This document shows positions 1 through 14,541 of a stretch of 64,000 nt of DNA, piece by piece. Positions within the stretch are counted from its first letter, which is position 1, and every line of letters begins with the position of its first letter. The notes beneath the pieces were generated by a model. The model searched no databases. It worked only from the letters and a program-made list of their open reading frames with translations, and was not told the origin of the DNA. A program made the position numbers and the translations under genes. The DNA is from Eledone cirrhosa (lineage: Eukaryota): positions 153,140,001 through 153,204,000 of the forward strand of contig OZ024742.1 of the NCBI GenBank assembly GCA_964016885.1, in the 5' to 3' direction.

Positions 1-166
1 ATTATTATTAATATTATTATTATTACAGCTGCATTTATCTTTCTTTATGTTCATACGAGTTATCACCAAGTCACAACCAGTGACCTCAAGAGACAACAAG
101 GTCCGCCATGTTCAAGAAAGAACATACATACTCACACATGCATCTTTAGTGTTTAGACTGATGTAC

Positions 167-3100
167 TTATATTGATAGAATCTTCCTTAGTATATGGGCA
201 GTTCCCATTAGTACTATCTTTTGTATTTCTCCTATACGCGGGTTTCCTGGGATTTGCGATAAGTAATCATTAGACCCCTTAGGTATCATTCCTAGAGCTC
301 CTACGACCACTGGTATTGTTTTAGTTCTCAAGTTCCAATTTCTATCTCCAGGTCCTTATACTTGCTCAATTTTTCAAATTGTTTTTATATATACATTCTT
401 GTCTATTGGAAAAGACATATCAATTAGCAGGCATACCCTCTTTTTAAAGTCCTTCAATATTATATCAGGTCTATTTGCATCTATTTTTCGGTCCGTTTGG
501 ATGCTAAAGTTCCACAAGATTGAGATGTGATCTTTTTCAAGTATGGGTGGTGGTTGATGCTCCAACCAATACTTTTGATGGGGCAGGTCAAAATGCTTAC
601 ACATTATCCTGTGTATGTATTGTGAAATTCTGTCATGCCTGTAGGTATTCGGTTGGATCTATATGACTGCACATTGAAATTATATGGTCAATGGTCTCTG
701 GTTGTTTTTTACATACACGGCAGAATGGGCTGCATCCATTTTTTATTATGTTGGCTTGGTAATTTTGTGTTGGCAGACACTGATCTTGTGCTGATATAAT
801 CAGTCCTTCAGTCTCCGATTTCAGTCCAGAGGATGCCAACCACTGATGGGTTAAAGTTTTGTCAACATCAGGATTGTTAGCTCGTTCTGGGTCTTTTCCA
901 TACAGAGGCTTTTCTTGCCATTTCTTAGCCAGTTTCTGTAGCAGTTCTTTCTTTGCAGTTACTTTTACCTGCTTTGCTTTTTCTGTGTTTTCCATTTCAG
1001 CAGTAAATGGGACTTCTGAAATGTGTAGTCCATTGCTGTATCTTTGTGCATCTTTTGTAATGGAATATGATCTTTTGATACTTTCGTGTTTCAAAACGAG
1101 TTTGATCATCCAATCATGTGATTCCCTCTGATATGTAGATAATCCAATTGTTGAGGTTTTCAACGCAATGTCTAACTGGATTACCCCACGTCCTTCTTCT
1201 TTCCTAGGGAGATATATTATATATGTATCTGCCTTAGGGTGATGCATTCTGTGCATGGTTAAGAATTTTCGAATTTTTGTATCGATCTCTGTGCTTGACC
1301 AGTTGATGACATTGTAACTGTAGGTTACTACTGGTATGGCAAGCGTATTTATGGCATCGATCCTATTCCTTGCATTCAATTCCGTTCTTAAGATTGCTCT
1401 TACTCTGCAGTAACATTCCTTCCTTATCCTTTCCCTCATTGTCGAGTGCTTGATTCCGGATCCTTCACAAAGACCTAGATATTTGTAAGTTTCCTCTTGA
1501 TCAAGATTAATGTCTGAACTCTTCAGCTGCTTTCCTCTGGTGAACGTTGCTTTGGCCCATTTATCTAGTCCAAACCCCATTTTATTGTCATCACTGAACT
1601 GCTCCACAGTGGATAATAGCCCTTGCAATTGTTCATCATTTTTTGCAAATAGTTTCAGGTCATCCATGTAGAACAAGTGATTAATGGTTTTGTCATAGAC
1701 TTTATATCCATGTTTTGTTTCATTGAGCATTTTACTTAATGGTATAAGTGCGATGCAGAATAAAAGCGGTGATAAAGAGCCACCCTGACAAATTCCAAAA
1801 TTAATATTAACTTCACAAGCTTCCAGTGATTTTTTTTCAATATTCAATAGGAGTGTCCTTTTCCATGTCTTCATACTGAATGACAAAAACCTCCTGACAA
1901 CGGGGGATATTTTGAAAATCTCTAAACATTTTTCAATCCAACTGTGTGGCAAACTATCGAATGCTCTTTTATAATCTATCCAAGCAATTGTTAGATTTTT
2001 GTGTCTATTATGACAATCTTCCAGTATCATTTTGTTAACCAAAAGCTGTTCCTTACAGCCATATGAGCCTCGTTTACACCCTTTCTGCTCAATGGGAAAT
2101 AGGTCATTTGTTATCAGGTGGTCATATGTATATTCAGTTAGGACTGATGTTAAAATTTTATACATTGTGGTCAAGCAAGTTATCGGTCTGTAATTTTTGG
2201 GATTGTTTGTCTCATCATTCTTCGGAAGCAGGAATGTAATGCCGTTAACTAGCCATGATGGTATCTTTTCTGGCTCCTTAACTATTTCATTGTAAAGTTG
2301 GGCTAACAGCTCATGAGACTCTGTGAAGGCATTTATCCAAACATTTTGTATTTTGTCTTTTCCTGGGTATTTCCATTTGCTGGTTTTTCTTAGAGCCAAA
2401 CGCAACTGTTCAACTGTTATATTTTCCCATATTTGTTCCCCAAGGTGAGCTGTATCTTTCATTTGTCTGTCTATCCATGGGGCGTGTATATTATGAACTC
2501 TTTCTTCGGCCCAGATCTTTTCACAGAATTCTTGCACTTCCTCCTTGGGTGGTATTGATTTAGCAGTTATTGTTGACTTACCAATTTTTCTGTAGAAGTT
2601 TCTTTGGTTGTTTTTGAACATATTATTGTCCTTATAGAATCTAGATCGTTTTTCAAAGCGCCTTATACGAGCAGCTTTGGCCGACACTTTTTGCTTGATT
2701 ATTTCTATCAGCATGTCTATGTCACTTGTTGATTTTATACTATACTTTCTTTTCAATTTTCTAAGTTTAGTTTGTTTAACATGTTCACCTACTTTATAGT
2801 TTGTTAAAATGTCTATGTCAGATCGGAGAAGGTATATTTGGCGATTGATGTTCTCTTGCCAAGTAGATTTCTTGTGGGAATTCCTTTGTTTTTTATCTTC
2901 ACTCCACATAAGTGAGTGGTGACTTTAGCCGATGCATCATAGAGATGATTTAAATCAGTAATGTTTAGTTTGTTTGTGATGATAATGTTTTTGATAATTA
3001 TGTTAGTCTTGTGTATTATCTCATATCGTTCTGTTTGGAGTTCTGGATCTTAAGGAGGGTGTCTCGTTGCCCCATGTCAGATTCTTTCATTTTCATCCAT

Positions 3101-3771
3101 TCGATCATAATTTCATCCTTCAAGTTGTCAAGTTCATTCTCATTCATTTCTTTATCATTAACGATCTCATTGTTTTCATTTGGAGTTTCATCTTGAGCGT
3201 GAACTCCCTCCACTTTTTCGATCCTTTCTTTAATTTGTTCTGTTGTCAGTGATTCCGCCCCAACCCTGGGATTCGAAGTGTTACAATTTACCTCGTTTTC
3301 ACTGACACATGTTTCATTTTCACTTCACTGACTATGTGCTAATAGCTTGATCTGATCAATTTTTATATCAGTTAGTAACTTTTTTTTTACAATGTTTCTT
3401 CGTATATTGGCTAGTTTGTTACTGTCAATATAGCCTCTATTTTCGGGATGTTTCTTTTTCCAGTTGATATATGTCTGTTCTGTATTCGATGTATTTGATG
3501 GGTAGTACATGGCAGTGTAGAACGCCTCAATGACTTCTTTATTATCTTCCCTTGACCATTTTTCTCTCTTTTTCTTTGGATTTCTTGGTGGTGAGCATGG
3601 AGGGCCAACAGTAGGAGTATTCCGGTTATGGGAGGTCTCCAGCTCCGAAGTGATGGGAAGGTTTAAACCATTAGCTGATTTTTCGACCCCAGTCTGGTTC
3701 CTCTCTAAGGGACGCGGCCCTTTTTTACCCGGGTGACGGCCGATCCCGTATGAGATTTTATCATTAGACAT
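167..3771 (-). pseudogene. R4/Dong polyprotein (RT, CCHC zinc finger, RLE), frameshifted; largest piece 633-2909
   Basis: Motifs NYRPITCL, EQKGC, GCKEQL, WIDYKRAFDS, HLFYMDDLKL, CRVC..ETIDHIISMC, NRPDI..D and C-terminal QKIVLMGTAHILRKILSI* (stop 167-169). ORF pieces 3325-3771, 3016-3213, 633-2909, 374-604. Confidence 0.9.
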
Positions 3772-4017
3772 TTACTTTATTTTGTCGCGTTTTATCCTTA
3801 TCCGCCAAGGGGTAATCATTTCGTGTTACCACTTCTAGAACGAGTGTCAATCAAGACTAGAGGGGTCGTTCTCCCCTAGAGACACCGCTCTTACCCCACG
3901 GCCGCCATCCCGGTATTTCTTGGTCACGGGGTTTTCCTTTTTGTTGTTTTTTAAAATTGTTATTATCATGAGTGGTTCCTTAATGTGAGCATTGCGTGGC
4001 TTAAGAATGAAATTATT

Positions 4018-4068
4018 AATAATTGTCTCCACACCAGGCACAAGGCCAGCAATTACCCAGTGCATTAC
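4018..4068 (-). mobile_element. 3'-terminal SINE fragment inserted in the R4-alpha leader
   Basis: aggcacaaggccagcaattacccagtgcattac is identical to the SINE end at ~57464-57496 and is absent from the homologous position of the 35.5 kb copy. Confidence 0.75.
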
Positions 4069-4870
4069 AATCATATAATATACTTTTTGCTGAAGTTGCC
4101 TGTTGTTTTGTTGGTTATGTCGGTGGTGGTGCTGGGGCTTTTTATATTGTTGGTGGGGAAGGGGGAGCCAGCAGTGCCATAGATGTTGACGTTTGGCCGG
4201 TGGCCGGGGCACTAAGTCAATCTATTTATATCTTTTGCTAGCCTCTCCCTTGTCTACTAATACCGCCACCTTCCCCTTTCTTAAGTTAACAGAAGGTAAT
4301 GGGGAATAGTGGTAGTAGCAATGAAGGAGTGGTGGCGGCGGTGATGGGATAGCGGCAGCAATGATGGATGGAGTGGTGGCGGTGGTGGCGTTGTCGTTAC
4401 TGAGTTTTGTTGAATAGACTGTAGTTTTGTTTGATCTGTAGTATCTATGCGTTTGTGTCGCGTATGTTTAATATATGTGTTGACATATTTTCTTAATATT
4501 GGAATTAAACATTTTGTTAAAACTTGAGACAATAATAATAGTAATTATTATTATGATGGTGGGATTGGTGGTGGTGGTGGCGAAATTGCCGTTATCTGGC
4601 TGTTATATTTAGTGTACACAGAGGGGTGATGGTGTAGGTGGTGTATCTAGTTTCTGGTGTTGGTGAAATTGTTGTTATTTGGCTGTTATATATAGTGCAG
4701 ACAGAGGGGTTTTGTTCCATTTATAACCATTTTCTTTTTTGAATATAAAATATATAATACAACATTGAATATTTGAGCGATATAACAATATATTATGGAT
4801 CCGAATTTTTATGAGACCAGATTCGGTGATTTAAGCATCATTTGTACTAAGAATTGTTATTTCACAATTG

Positions 4871-4907
4871 ATTATTATTATTATTATTATTATTATTGTT
4901 GTTATTA
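4871..4907. repeat. (ATT)n target-site microsatellite between two R4 elements
   Basis: Direct sequence. Sister tracts at 1-25, 8253-8281, 14260-14286, 14497-14541, 16986-17012, 23022-23060. Confidence 0.95.
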
Positions 4908-7900
4908 CTCTTTGAGTCTCAGTCATTGATGTTAGTTAACTGGAAAGTTTGTTGAAATGAATATCAAGCCCCTACCTGCAGCCTCAGATATTCAGGACGT
5001 ATCGGAGGGTTCTTGCTGTTCCCAGCAAGCATGCCTTTTGAAGCGTTCCAAAAAGCGTGAAGGGCCAATTTTCTGTAACCATCCCTGGAAACTTTTTGAG
5101 ATAGTCCCTAGTGCGCCTATGACAATCGGGATCACTTTGACTTCATGGCAGTTCCAAATCCTTTTTACCTCCCACTTTATGTCCTGGTATCGGTTAATTT
5201 TCCCTCTCTCCTTCTCTTGCACTCTCGTGTCGAATGGGCAGGCCACATCCACAATCAGGCACGATCTTTTTTCTTTGTCCACAACCACCAGGTCAGGTCT
5301 ATTGTGTTCCAGTTTCTTGTCCGTCTGTATCCTAAAATCCCGCAGCACCTTCACCTGATCGTATTCTATCACCGCCTCTGGCTTATGCTCATACTATTTC
5401 TCAGAATGTGGTAAATTGTTTACTTTGCATAGGTGCCAGTGGATCACCCTGCCCATCACATCATGTCTCCAGCCCTTATAGTGAGTCTGGGCTAGGTGTT
5501 TACACTCGGATACAATGTGAGCCACAGTCTCCTCTCACTCTCCACATATCCTGCACAGTGGGCTAACATCCTCCTTGTAAATATGGTGTTTCAACCACTT
5601 CGTTTTGAGGGCCTGCTCCTGCGCAGCCATTAATATTCCTTCTGTAGCCTTTTTAAGGTCTCCTCTTTTCAACCAGTTCCATGTCTGTGGATCTCTAAAT
5701 TTAGTTTTCTCAAAGAAGGTACTATGAAATGATTTTTCCTGAAGGCTGCTCTTTCTCCTTGATGTTATTTCCTCCTTGGACATCCCCTGGCCTATTGTCC
5801 CCTCTTTCAGTACAGTTCTGAGCATTGGCTCCTTACTACCAGTCACGTATTTGTGTAGGTTGTTTTTCTCCATCTGAACACAGTCCTCTATGCTGATAAG
5901 ACCTCTTCCACCTTCAGATCTCCTTAAGTAGAGTCTATCGACATCACTCCTCTTGTGGAACATGTTGTAGATAGACAATAGCTTCCTAGTCTTACTATCC
6001 ATTTCTTTTTGTTCAGCAACATTCCATCTCAGAATTCCCGCACTGTACCTAATAATAGACACAGCTCGGGAATTTACTGCACTTATGGCATTCCTACTGT
6101 TCAGATGTGACTTTAATACGCTCCTTACTCTCCTTATGTACTCAGTTCTTATCAATTCCTTCATTTTTTTGTTCTTGATGTCATCAGCCTCCAGAACGCC
6201 CAAATACTTGTATCCTTGTTCAGAGTCAATTTACTTTATCATCTCACCTGTTAGTACCTGGATTCCGTTACTTCTGCTCAACTTACCCCTCTTCATCACA
6301 ATGACTCCACACTTACTAATACCAAATTGCATACATATATCATTGCTGAAAATACGGACAGTGTCAACAAGCACACCCAACTCCTTCTCACTCTTCCCGA
6401 AGAGCTTAAGATCGTCCATGAAGAGGAGGTGATTGATGGTAAGCCCTCCCTTTCCCAACCTGTATCCTGCTCTCTCTTTTCGCAGTACACTAGTCAGGGG
6501 CATCAGGGCAAGGACAAACAACAGAGGGAACAGACTATCTCACTGGAAGATAGCTCTCTTGATCTTCACGCTTTCCAAGGATTCGCCAGTTGATGTTAAC
6601 TCTGTTTCCCAGGACTTCATACTTTTGCCCAAAAACAGTCTGATGTTATCTGCCACCTTGAAGATCTCTAGGCTTTTGGTGATCCAAGAATGAGGCACCA
6701 TGTCAAATGCCTTTTTGTAGTCTATCCATCCCATGGCAAGACCAGTGTGTCTCCTCTTGCAATTCCTCATTACCATCTTATCAATAAGTAACTGGCCCTT
6801 TGTACCACGTGACTTCTTTCGGCATCCTTTCTGTTCGTCCGGTAGCAAGTTGTTTGTGTGGAGGTGATGGTAGATTTCCACAGACATAATGCTTGTCAAC
6901 AGTTTCCACATTACGGACAGACATGTGATAGGTCTATAGTTAGTAACATCATTACCCTTGATTCGGTCTTTCATTATCAGAACTGTGGTACCTTTTGTCA
7001 ACCACTCTGGTACCTCACCTGACATCAAGCAGTCATTGAACATGGTTGTCAGTTTCGGGTGGAGGGATGTTATATTTTTAATCCAATACCTCTGCACACC
7101 ATCTGGGCCTGGTGATTTCCAGTTGGTTAGTTTTTTGGCCTGCCGACTTAAGAGTTTCAACTGAGATACTCAAATCAGTTTGTTGGTGTGCCTGTTCACT
7201 AATCTCCTTCTGTACTGGCTCAATCCATACTGCCTGGTCATTATGTTTAACATCCTGCTCCCATATTCCTCTCCAGAATGTTTTAGTTTGTTCGTGTCTC
7301 AGGGATCAAGTCGTTGCCTCTTTCTTTCCCTTCAAGCTGTCCAAACAGCATCTTCTGGTTGTTGTCGAACATGCGGTTCTGTCTATACTGGCTGACAGTG
7401 TTCTCGTATCGCCTGATTTTTGCACTCTTTGCTACAATGCGTTGCTTCAGTTCCTCTATGATAATATTTAGCTTTGTCCTCCTAGTTTTGTACTTTATTT
7501 CCAGTCTATTTTTAGTGTCTATGTTTTTTAGTGTCCCATTCAGTAGGGACTCAAGCTTTCCAATGTCATTTCTCATTTCCCTGATTTGACCACTCAGTCG
7601 TTTCTTCCACCAAGGCTCTGCTCTTTCTTGTCTGTTGTTTCCTCTCGCTTTCATACCAAGTAGTTTCCTCACCGTATTTGCTGTTTCTTTGAGGATATTG
7701 TTGCACTGGTGAAGGCTCCTCGCCTCAAGGTATGGGATGACTTTGTTTACCTTAGCTGTTGTTTCTTTTAACTTTTTGCTGTCTACAAATCTTAGGTTCA
7801 TAGGTCTCCTACTATCATTGTTCAATTCATCTACCACTAAGTTTAGGATATCAACCAAATCTTGTCCTAGCCCGTCAGCATTCATCTCCTCAGTGGCCGT

Positions 7901-8252
7901 ATCTCTGTTCCAGGTATTATTTATCTCAACATTCAGATCATTGTCTGTTTCGGGTGGTTCATCCGTTCTCTCGACCACTTCACCTTCATTTCCCACTGGC
8001 TCGTTTGCCTGGCATACTCCACTCTCCATCTCTAAGCTAATCTCTCTGCTCAGTTCCTCCAGTTCCAGCTCGCTTATCCACCCATTAGTTCTTATTACCC
8101 GAGCTTGCCCGGCCAATTTTTGTTCATCTAATTTAAATAGACCAATCTCGTTCCAGATGTTATGCATCCGTTTCCTATAGTCTTTCTCCTTGGGGTTACT
8201 TTTCAGGTAACATTGCATAACAGTTCTATTCAATTATTTCGTCCAGTTGGTT
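4908..8252 (-). mobile_element. R4/Dong-clade non-LTR retrotransposon, family beta, 5'-truncated
   Basis: RT/CCHC/RLE ORF pieces, ~75 bp 3' UTR, (ATT)n at both ends. Nucleotide sequence is clearly different from family alpha. Confidence 0.9.
4984..8252 (-). pseudogene. R4/Dong polyprotein, family beta, with stops and frameshifts
   Basis: WKSPGPDGV, NYRPITCL, EQKGC, WIDYKKAFDMVPH, HLLFMDDLKL, CRICGE, HNRPDLVVVD..D, IPIVIGALG, GTARTLRYVLNI*. Confidence 0.9.
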
Positions 8253-8470
8253 CTATTATTATTATTATTATTATTATTATTGAATGCTATGGTTGACGGA
8301 GGCTCGGCTCTGTAAGGTATTGTACATTTTGAACGCTATAACTATTGTAAATTGTTTAAAACTGTTACCAACTTGTAGACAAAAACACCCTCCTCCCTGT
8401 GAGAGGGGTCTTTCTGCCCGGGTTTTGGGGTTTTGTGCCCAATATTTATTTTAAACAAAAAAAAAACAAC

Positions 8471-10551
8471 ATGGCTACGAAAAATAATTTTCATAGGTCA
8501 CTCCCACTGATTCCGTCTTCTTCTTCCTCAATCGTCACTACAGCAGAGATAAGATTGTCTCTCTCCCTCCCTTCTCTTTCGCAAGCGACGACAGAAAAGA
8601 AAAGTCTCGTGCAAAGCGTGCAAGATTTATCCACGACGACAACGACGACGAAACAGGTGTGCGGGAAATACGAAAACCCATTTCATTCGTCTGACGTCAG
8701 GAATAATAGCAGTAGCAGCCGTAATATCAACAGCAACAGTGACAATGAAAACAACAGTAGCAGCGGCAACAGCATCAGCAGCAGCATAAACAAGAACAGC
8801 ATTAGCAGCAGCAATAACAACAACAATCACAGCAACAGCGGCGGCGGCAGTAGTCGTAGTACCTGCAGCAACAACAAAAGTAACAGTAGCTCTGACGACA
8901 ACAACTACAACAACAGCAGCAAAGAAAAACCAATCTCGTTTGCAGGTATCGCGAAGAACCTGGAAACAATCCTCATAACAAATGAGGAATTAGAGGAAGC
9001 GAAGAAGATGGTGACAAAAATTGGACACCGAGCAATCTGCAAGGCAGCGGAAACATTTTTCGAAACCCAACAGCACTGTACGGTCACGTACCGTACAGTA
9101 AGTACAAAATCCCGTAGGGTGGAAAGAGCCACAGAGGCTCAAATACAAAAAGCCTTGAGGTCTGTGTGGCAGCGGAAAACACACATCACCCGAGGCAAGA
9201 AATATGCCACCGTAGACGTACTTTTTCCCACACCCAAGGAGGCAAAGTCTCAATCCGTAGTGACCCTAAGGAGCGAGGAAATGGTGTTGGTGCCTCCTAC
9301 TGCGGGCAAAATATCGTGAGGGTCAAACTGTCCCACATCCCCCCCCGGGATGGCCCCTTCTTGGCTGGCTGCGTCTGTCCTCGTCGGAATCGAGGACAAA
9401 ACAACTGTACTGCAAGTACAGAAAAAAGTAAGAGAAGATTGGGTCGGCACCTCCATTGAGATGTTAATCCAAACCAACCAGGAGTGCATCGAAGCTATTC
9501 CGGATGTGATAGACTTCGATAACGGCACTCAACTGCCCATAAGTGTTGAGGGCAAAAGCCCGAAATGCTTTCGCTGTGGATCGAAGACTCACCTCAGGGC
9601 CTTCTGCAACGAGAAGACCCTGAGAAAGGAGAAAACCCCCTCATTCCGAAACCGGCTCCACGGCTACCAGCAACAGGACAAGCGGCAACCAGGAACAATA
9701 GGTCCGTGGCACCCATACCCACGCCACGAAAATCAAAAACAGCAGCAGCAGTGGAAGTATTAACAACAACAACAACAGCAATACCAAATGCAGCTGCGAC
9801 AGAGACTCCAGTGCAAACATCACCAACAACAACAAGTGAAAGAATGGAGCTGGTACCCCTCCCCGACCTCATATAATCAGACATGGAGTGTGATGTGGGA
9901 GAGGGATGGCAAAAGGTCGTAAGTAGGGACAAACACCGAAGCAGCGCATCGTCGCCTTTGAAAAGGGAGGAAACAAATGAAAGAAGGGTAAAGTCTACTG
10001 CAAAGAGACTCACAGCAGCAACACCACCAACACCATCACCACCCACACTAGCACCACCATCACCACCGTCGACAACCCCACCGCCAAGAACAACAACACC
10101 TTCAACACCACCACCACAAGCACCATCATCGGAAACACAGCAACAAAACACACACACCCAGCAAAAACGACAAGAAAATAGCAGAACCACACCCCACCCC
10201 CAGAAAAACAAATGCACGGCAATAAATACACACAAGAAACTAATGACTTACATAATTGAACACACAGACATTTCACAACACGACTACATAATACCAGCAC
10301 CAATCAAAACGCCAACTAACATAAGACTGCTAAAAATAGCACAGAAACAATACACAAACATTAAAACGAAATTCCCCAACGCAGTTGGTGATTTCAGAGA
10401 CCTAGGACGAACTATCAACCGAAGAGTATATTCGGACATACTCATAGAAGAGCCGATGACCAGCCGAAGGGACGATTAAACGGTCCCTTCACAAGACGAT
10501 CAAGTGAAAAGGGATGTAAAAACCATCCTTCCTCTACGAAAAGTACGGTAA
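8471..10551 (+). pseudogene. Tx1 ORF1 (gag-like nucleic-acid-binding protein with CCHC zinc knuckle), disrupted
   Basis: CFRCGSKTHLRAFC fits CX2CX4HX4C. S/N-rich and P/T-rich low-complexity regions. Indels and stops relative to copy C. Confidence 0.85.
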
Positions 10552-10586
10552 GTGGTCTTTCCCATCTTTTCAACTCTATTTTAAAC

Positions 10587-13500
10587 ATGACCTCACTCAG
10601 AATAGGCAACATAAATGCGCGTGGCTTGGGGTCGTCATGGAAGCAGGGTCACCAGCTCAACGACCTCAGGTCACTAAACATAGATGTAGTGGTCATCAGC
10701 GAGACCAGAATCTCCGATGCACGGGCCTTCGCAGCGATCTTCGGCGGCTACGATGTGTACGCATCTCCCAGCCGTCCAGGATCGGGGGAGGAGTTGCTGT
10801 GCTTTTTCGGAGAGCTTTGGATCTCGCCATACGGGCCATCTTCCTGGACCCAGAGGGTAAGCTGGTGGTGCTGGACGTGACCAGTGGAGACGGGCAAGCT
10901 TTCAGGCTAGTGGCCGTCTATGCCCCGACAGGAGCAGGGCGGCCTGATTTCTTCCGGCGTCTGGAGAACTTTCTTGGAACGTCCCGCTCTTTAGTGTTAG
11001 TGGGCGACTGGAACGGGATCTTAGATGCACGCTGGGACTGTGTGGGATTAGCGGATAGGGGTGGAGGGTGCAAGAGCCTCACCAACCTATTCAGGGGTTT
11101 TGAACTGTCTGACAGGTACCGATTGGATTTCCCGAATGTGCCAATGTGGACTTGGACAAATCGCATAGGGTCATCCAGATCATATCTAGATAGAGTATTT
11201 TGTAGGGAAATAGATAGGTCTAGCATAGGCTGTCCACAATTCAAGATAGTCAGCTACACGGACCACAAATTCGTGATCTGTGTGCTAGACTTAGATAGGC
11301 TTCATAGACGAGGACCCGACCACTGGAAGCTAAACGCCTCCTTACCAGCGCGCAAGGCCTACAGAGACCGGATTAGCGAACTAGTTAAGCGGGCGTTGAC
11401 GGGGGCCATCGTCAACAACAAGTATGGTTTGCTCTGAAAAGAGCGATTAGAATAGAATCCATTAGGTTTAATAAGGCTTTAGCAATAGAGAAACATAGAG
11501 CCGAGGGAGAACTAGTTAGAAAATTAGACGAGGCGCTTAGCAAAGGCATTGCGACCGACGTGCTAGCGGCGAAATTGGCCCCTGACCAATTCTTCAATGC
11601 AAAGCACGAAGGCTGCGTTGTCAGAGCAAGGGTGCGTGCTCTCAGTCACGAGGGGACGAAAGCCGTTCAATGGGCCCGAGTGGCGGAGGCGCGTCGTGGC
11701 AACAAAGCCACGATCCGGTCTTTGGTGGACCACGACGGGCGCATGCTACTCGATCCCGGTAAAATGTGTGAAGCTTTTCAGCGACACTTCGCTCAGCTGT
11801 TCGGGGGCAGCGGTGGGCCGGGTCGAGGGATGGACTTTAGTGTCTACCTCGACGGACTGCCGGGGCTCTCGGCCACTGAGGCGAAGTGTTGCGAAAAGCC
11901 GATAACAGCCGCTGAAGTAAGGGGGGCAATGACTGGCTGCACAAGGGGTAAATCGCCTGGTTTGGATGGTCTGCCCTATGAACTTTACGTACAAATGCAA
12001 CACTTGTTTGGAGGCTTCTTGGCGGACGTCTACTGTAACTGGCAACAGAACGGGAGAATTCCCAGTTCTGTGAGCCGAGGAGCGGTGGCACTGCTGAGAA
12101 AGGATCCGAACAAGGGGGATAACATAGATAATTTCCGGCCCATAATTCTGTTAAACACAGAGTTCAAGATGTTGGCCAAGGTGCTAGCAAAGAGGTTGGC
12201 GTTTGTCGTTGGTGGTCTGGTGGGAGAGGCGCAGACATGCGCCATTCCCGACAGATCCATCCACGACAACCTCCACCTCATGCGATACATCTTAGAGATG
12301 GTAGCTAGGGAACCTGGCACGGGTGGGTCCTTGATAAATTTAGATCAGTCGAAAGCTTTCGATAGGGTCGACCATCGTTACCTAGCGGTAGTCCTGAGGG
12401 CGACTGGCTTTGGGCCCGTCTTCAGAGGCTGGATCGCTGCCATGCTCAGCGACATCTGCTCTGTGGTGAGAGTGAACGGTCACCTGTCGGAACCGTTCAG
12501 CATCATGCGCTCGGTCCGCCAAGGATGTCCCCTCTCGTCCCTATTGTACGTATTGACTCTCGAGCCATTACTGCACAAACTGGAGACCTTGAGGGGCATC
12601 CCGCGCGAACTAGGATGCGGAAGATCCGTGTCAGCATATGCGGACGATGTCACCGTAGTGGTGTCGAACGCCAAACACATCGAGGCGATCGGCACTACAC
12701 TAAGAGAATACCAAGCGGTGACAGGAGCAATGATCAACCAGGAAAAGTCAGTGGGCCTTTCAGCTCGGCATCTGGAGAGGAAGCTCCATGCCGTCCAACA
12801 GCGTCGTCGGACGCTGGACGGATGGACCGGTTAAATTGCTATGGGTCTGGTTCGGTCCGGACCTCCAGACGGACAAAAACTGGGACGAGGTGACGAGCAG
12901 GGTGGCTTCTCTCACCTAGAAATGGGCGGAGAGGAAGCTATCACTGAAAGGTCGAGCGGAGGTGGCTAACGCGTACATCGCGTCTGTCATCTGCTACCGA
13001 GTGACCGTCGTACCTTGTCCTAAGCTTCGCCTGACTGCGCTGGAGCATTTGCTCTTTCGCTTTTTGTGGAAGCGACGCGCTCCGATGGTCAGGCTGTCCA
13101 TCTGTTGTCAACACCCGCTACGTGGAAGGCTGGGCATGCCGTGGCTGATGATGCGCAGGCACGCGCTCAGGCTACGACATCTCCACCTCTTCCTCGACGC
13201 TGATCAGTTTTGGTCGCCGTTTGCTAGACACGTATTTCCCCAGCTCGTTTCCTTGACGGAGCTGCAGTCCTGGGTCAAGCGAAGACCGAGAGGGAGCGCC
13301 TGGAGACTGGAATGTCTTCAGGCGCTCACAGCCCTCGACCAATCGGCCAATGTGATCGATGGAAACTCCACCTCGGCGTTCTATAGAGGATTAGTTGAGG
13401 GGAAGAGCGACGACGTACTTGGGGAAAATCTAGGCGTCGACGAAAATCAACTAGCCAATCTCTTCGGAAGAACTTTCGGGCCAGGGCCTATGGACAACTT

Positions 13501-14005
13501 CCAGAAATCTCTGGCCTGGCAGTGCTACTGAGGAGCCTTGCTAGTTCGGGATAAACTCTACAGGCATGGAGGTGCCGTCAGCCGGGCATGTCCGAGATGC
13601 GCGCAGGGCGACGAAACCGTCCTGCACGCACTCGTCCAGTGTCCCAAAATTGCTGACTTGTGGGTTTATGTCGAACACCTGCTGTCGCGTTTAGGACGGA
13701 TCCGGCTATCATCTGAGTCCATTGTGAGGATTGCCCCGCCCTCCTCCTTTAGCCGGGAAGGGCAGGCAGTTTTTATATGTCTGGTGGCCATGGCGAAAGT
13801 GATAGTATTGTGGACACGTTTGAAAGGGCTGAAGACGAGCACTTACCTCTTCGGTGATGCTCTGATTGACTTTTTCAAATTTCATTTGAAAACGAAAATC
13901 AGAGTAGAGAGTGAAGTGCTCTCTTCCCAGCATTTTGTTGAAAGATGGGTGAGAGAAGCAAGAATGGCCCGAGTGAATGGGCCTACTCTGAGTATATATC
14001 TGTAA
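10587..14005 (+). pseudogene. Tx1 ORF2 (APE endonuclease, RT, C-terminal zinc finger), disrupted
   Basis: INARGL, SET, VYAP, GDWN, YLDRV, TDH (APE); KSPGLDGLP, DQSKAFDRV, QGCPLS, AYADD (RT); CPRC..ETVLHALVQC. Confidence 0.92.
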
Positions 14006-14286
14006 ATTAAAGGTGGAAAACTGGGAGAGGGCACTTGCCTTGGTGGTCAGGGTCATTGTGGCCTTTTACTGGGCTTTCTCCACAAATGTCCCTCCGAAGT
14101 CTCCCCCCGCCCCTATTGGGGAATTTTTCATTGTTATTTTTTGTTACATCCTCTGTTTTTGTTTTTACACGCAGAAATGCCCATTTGTACCATCCTGTAT
14201 TGTCCTGCACTGTCCGTAATGTCTACTTTATGTAAACCCTTGTGGTTAATAAAGAAATCATTATTATTATTATCGTTATTGTTATT

Positions 14287-14498
14287 CCTTGAATCTCAGT
14301 CATTGATGTTGGTCAACTGGAAAGTCCGTTGGATTGAATATCAAGCCACTACCTGCAGCCTCAGATATTCAGGACGTATCGGAGGGTTCTTGCTGTTCCA
14401 AGCAAGCATGCCTTTTGAAGCGTTCCAAAAAGCGTGAAGGGGCCGATTTTCTTTAACCATCCCTGGAAACTTTTGGAGATAGTCCCCAGTGCGCCTAT
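14287..14498 (-). mobile_element. ~210 bp 3'-terminal fragment of R4 family beta
   Basis: Aligns with 4908-5120. (ATT)n on both sides. Confidence 0.9.
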
Positions 14499-14509
14499 TA
14501 TTATTATTA

Positions 14510-14541
<32 letters not shown>

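Larger units (their letters stand above)
26..4870 (-). mobile_element. R4/Dong-clade non-LTR retrotransposon, family alpha, near full length, decayed
   Basis: Single broken ORF with RT, CCHC finger and restriction-like endonuclease. Short 3' UTR runs into (TAA)n at 1-25. The 5' ~1.7 kb aligns to a second copy at 34.8-36.4 kb. Confidence 0.9.
8282..14259 (+). mobile_element. Tx1/L1-clade LINE, copy A, full length (5' UTR, ORF1, ORF2, 3' UTR, AATAAA 14248-14253)
   Basis: Same 5' start (gaatgcYatggttgacggaggctcggctctgtaag) and 3' end as copy C. Flanked by (ATT)n. Confidence 0.93.
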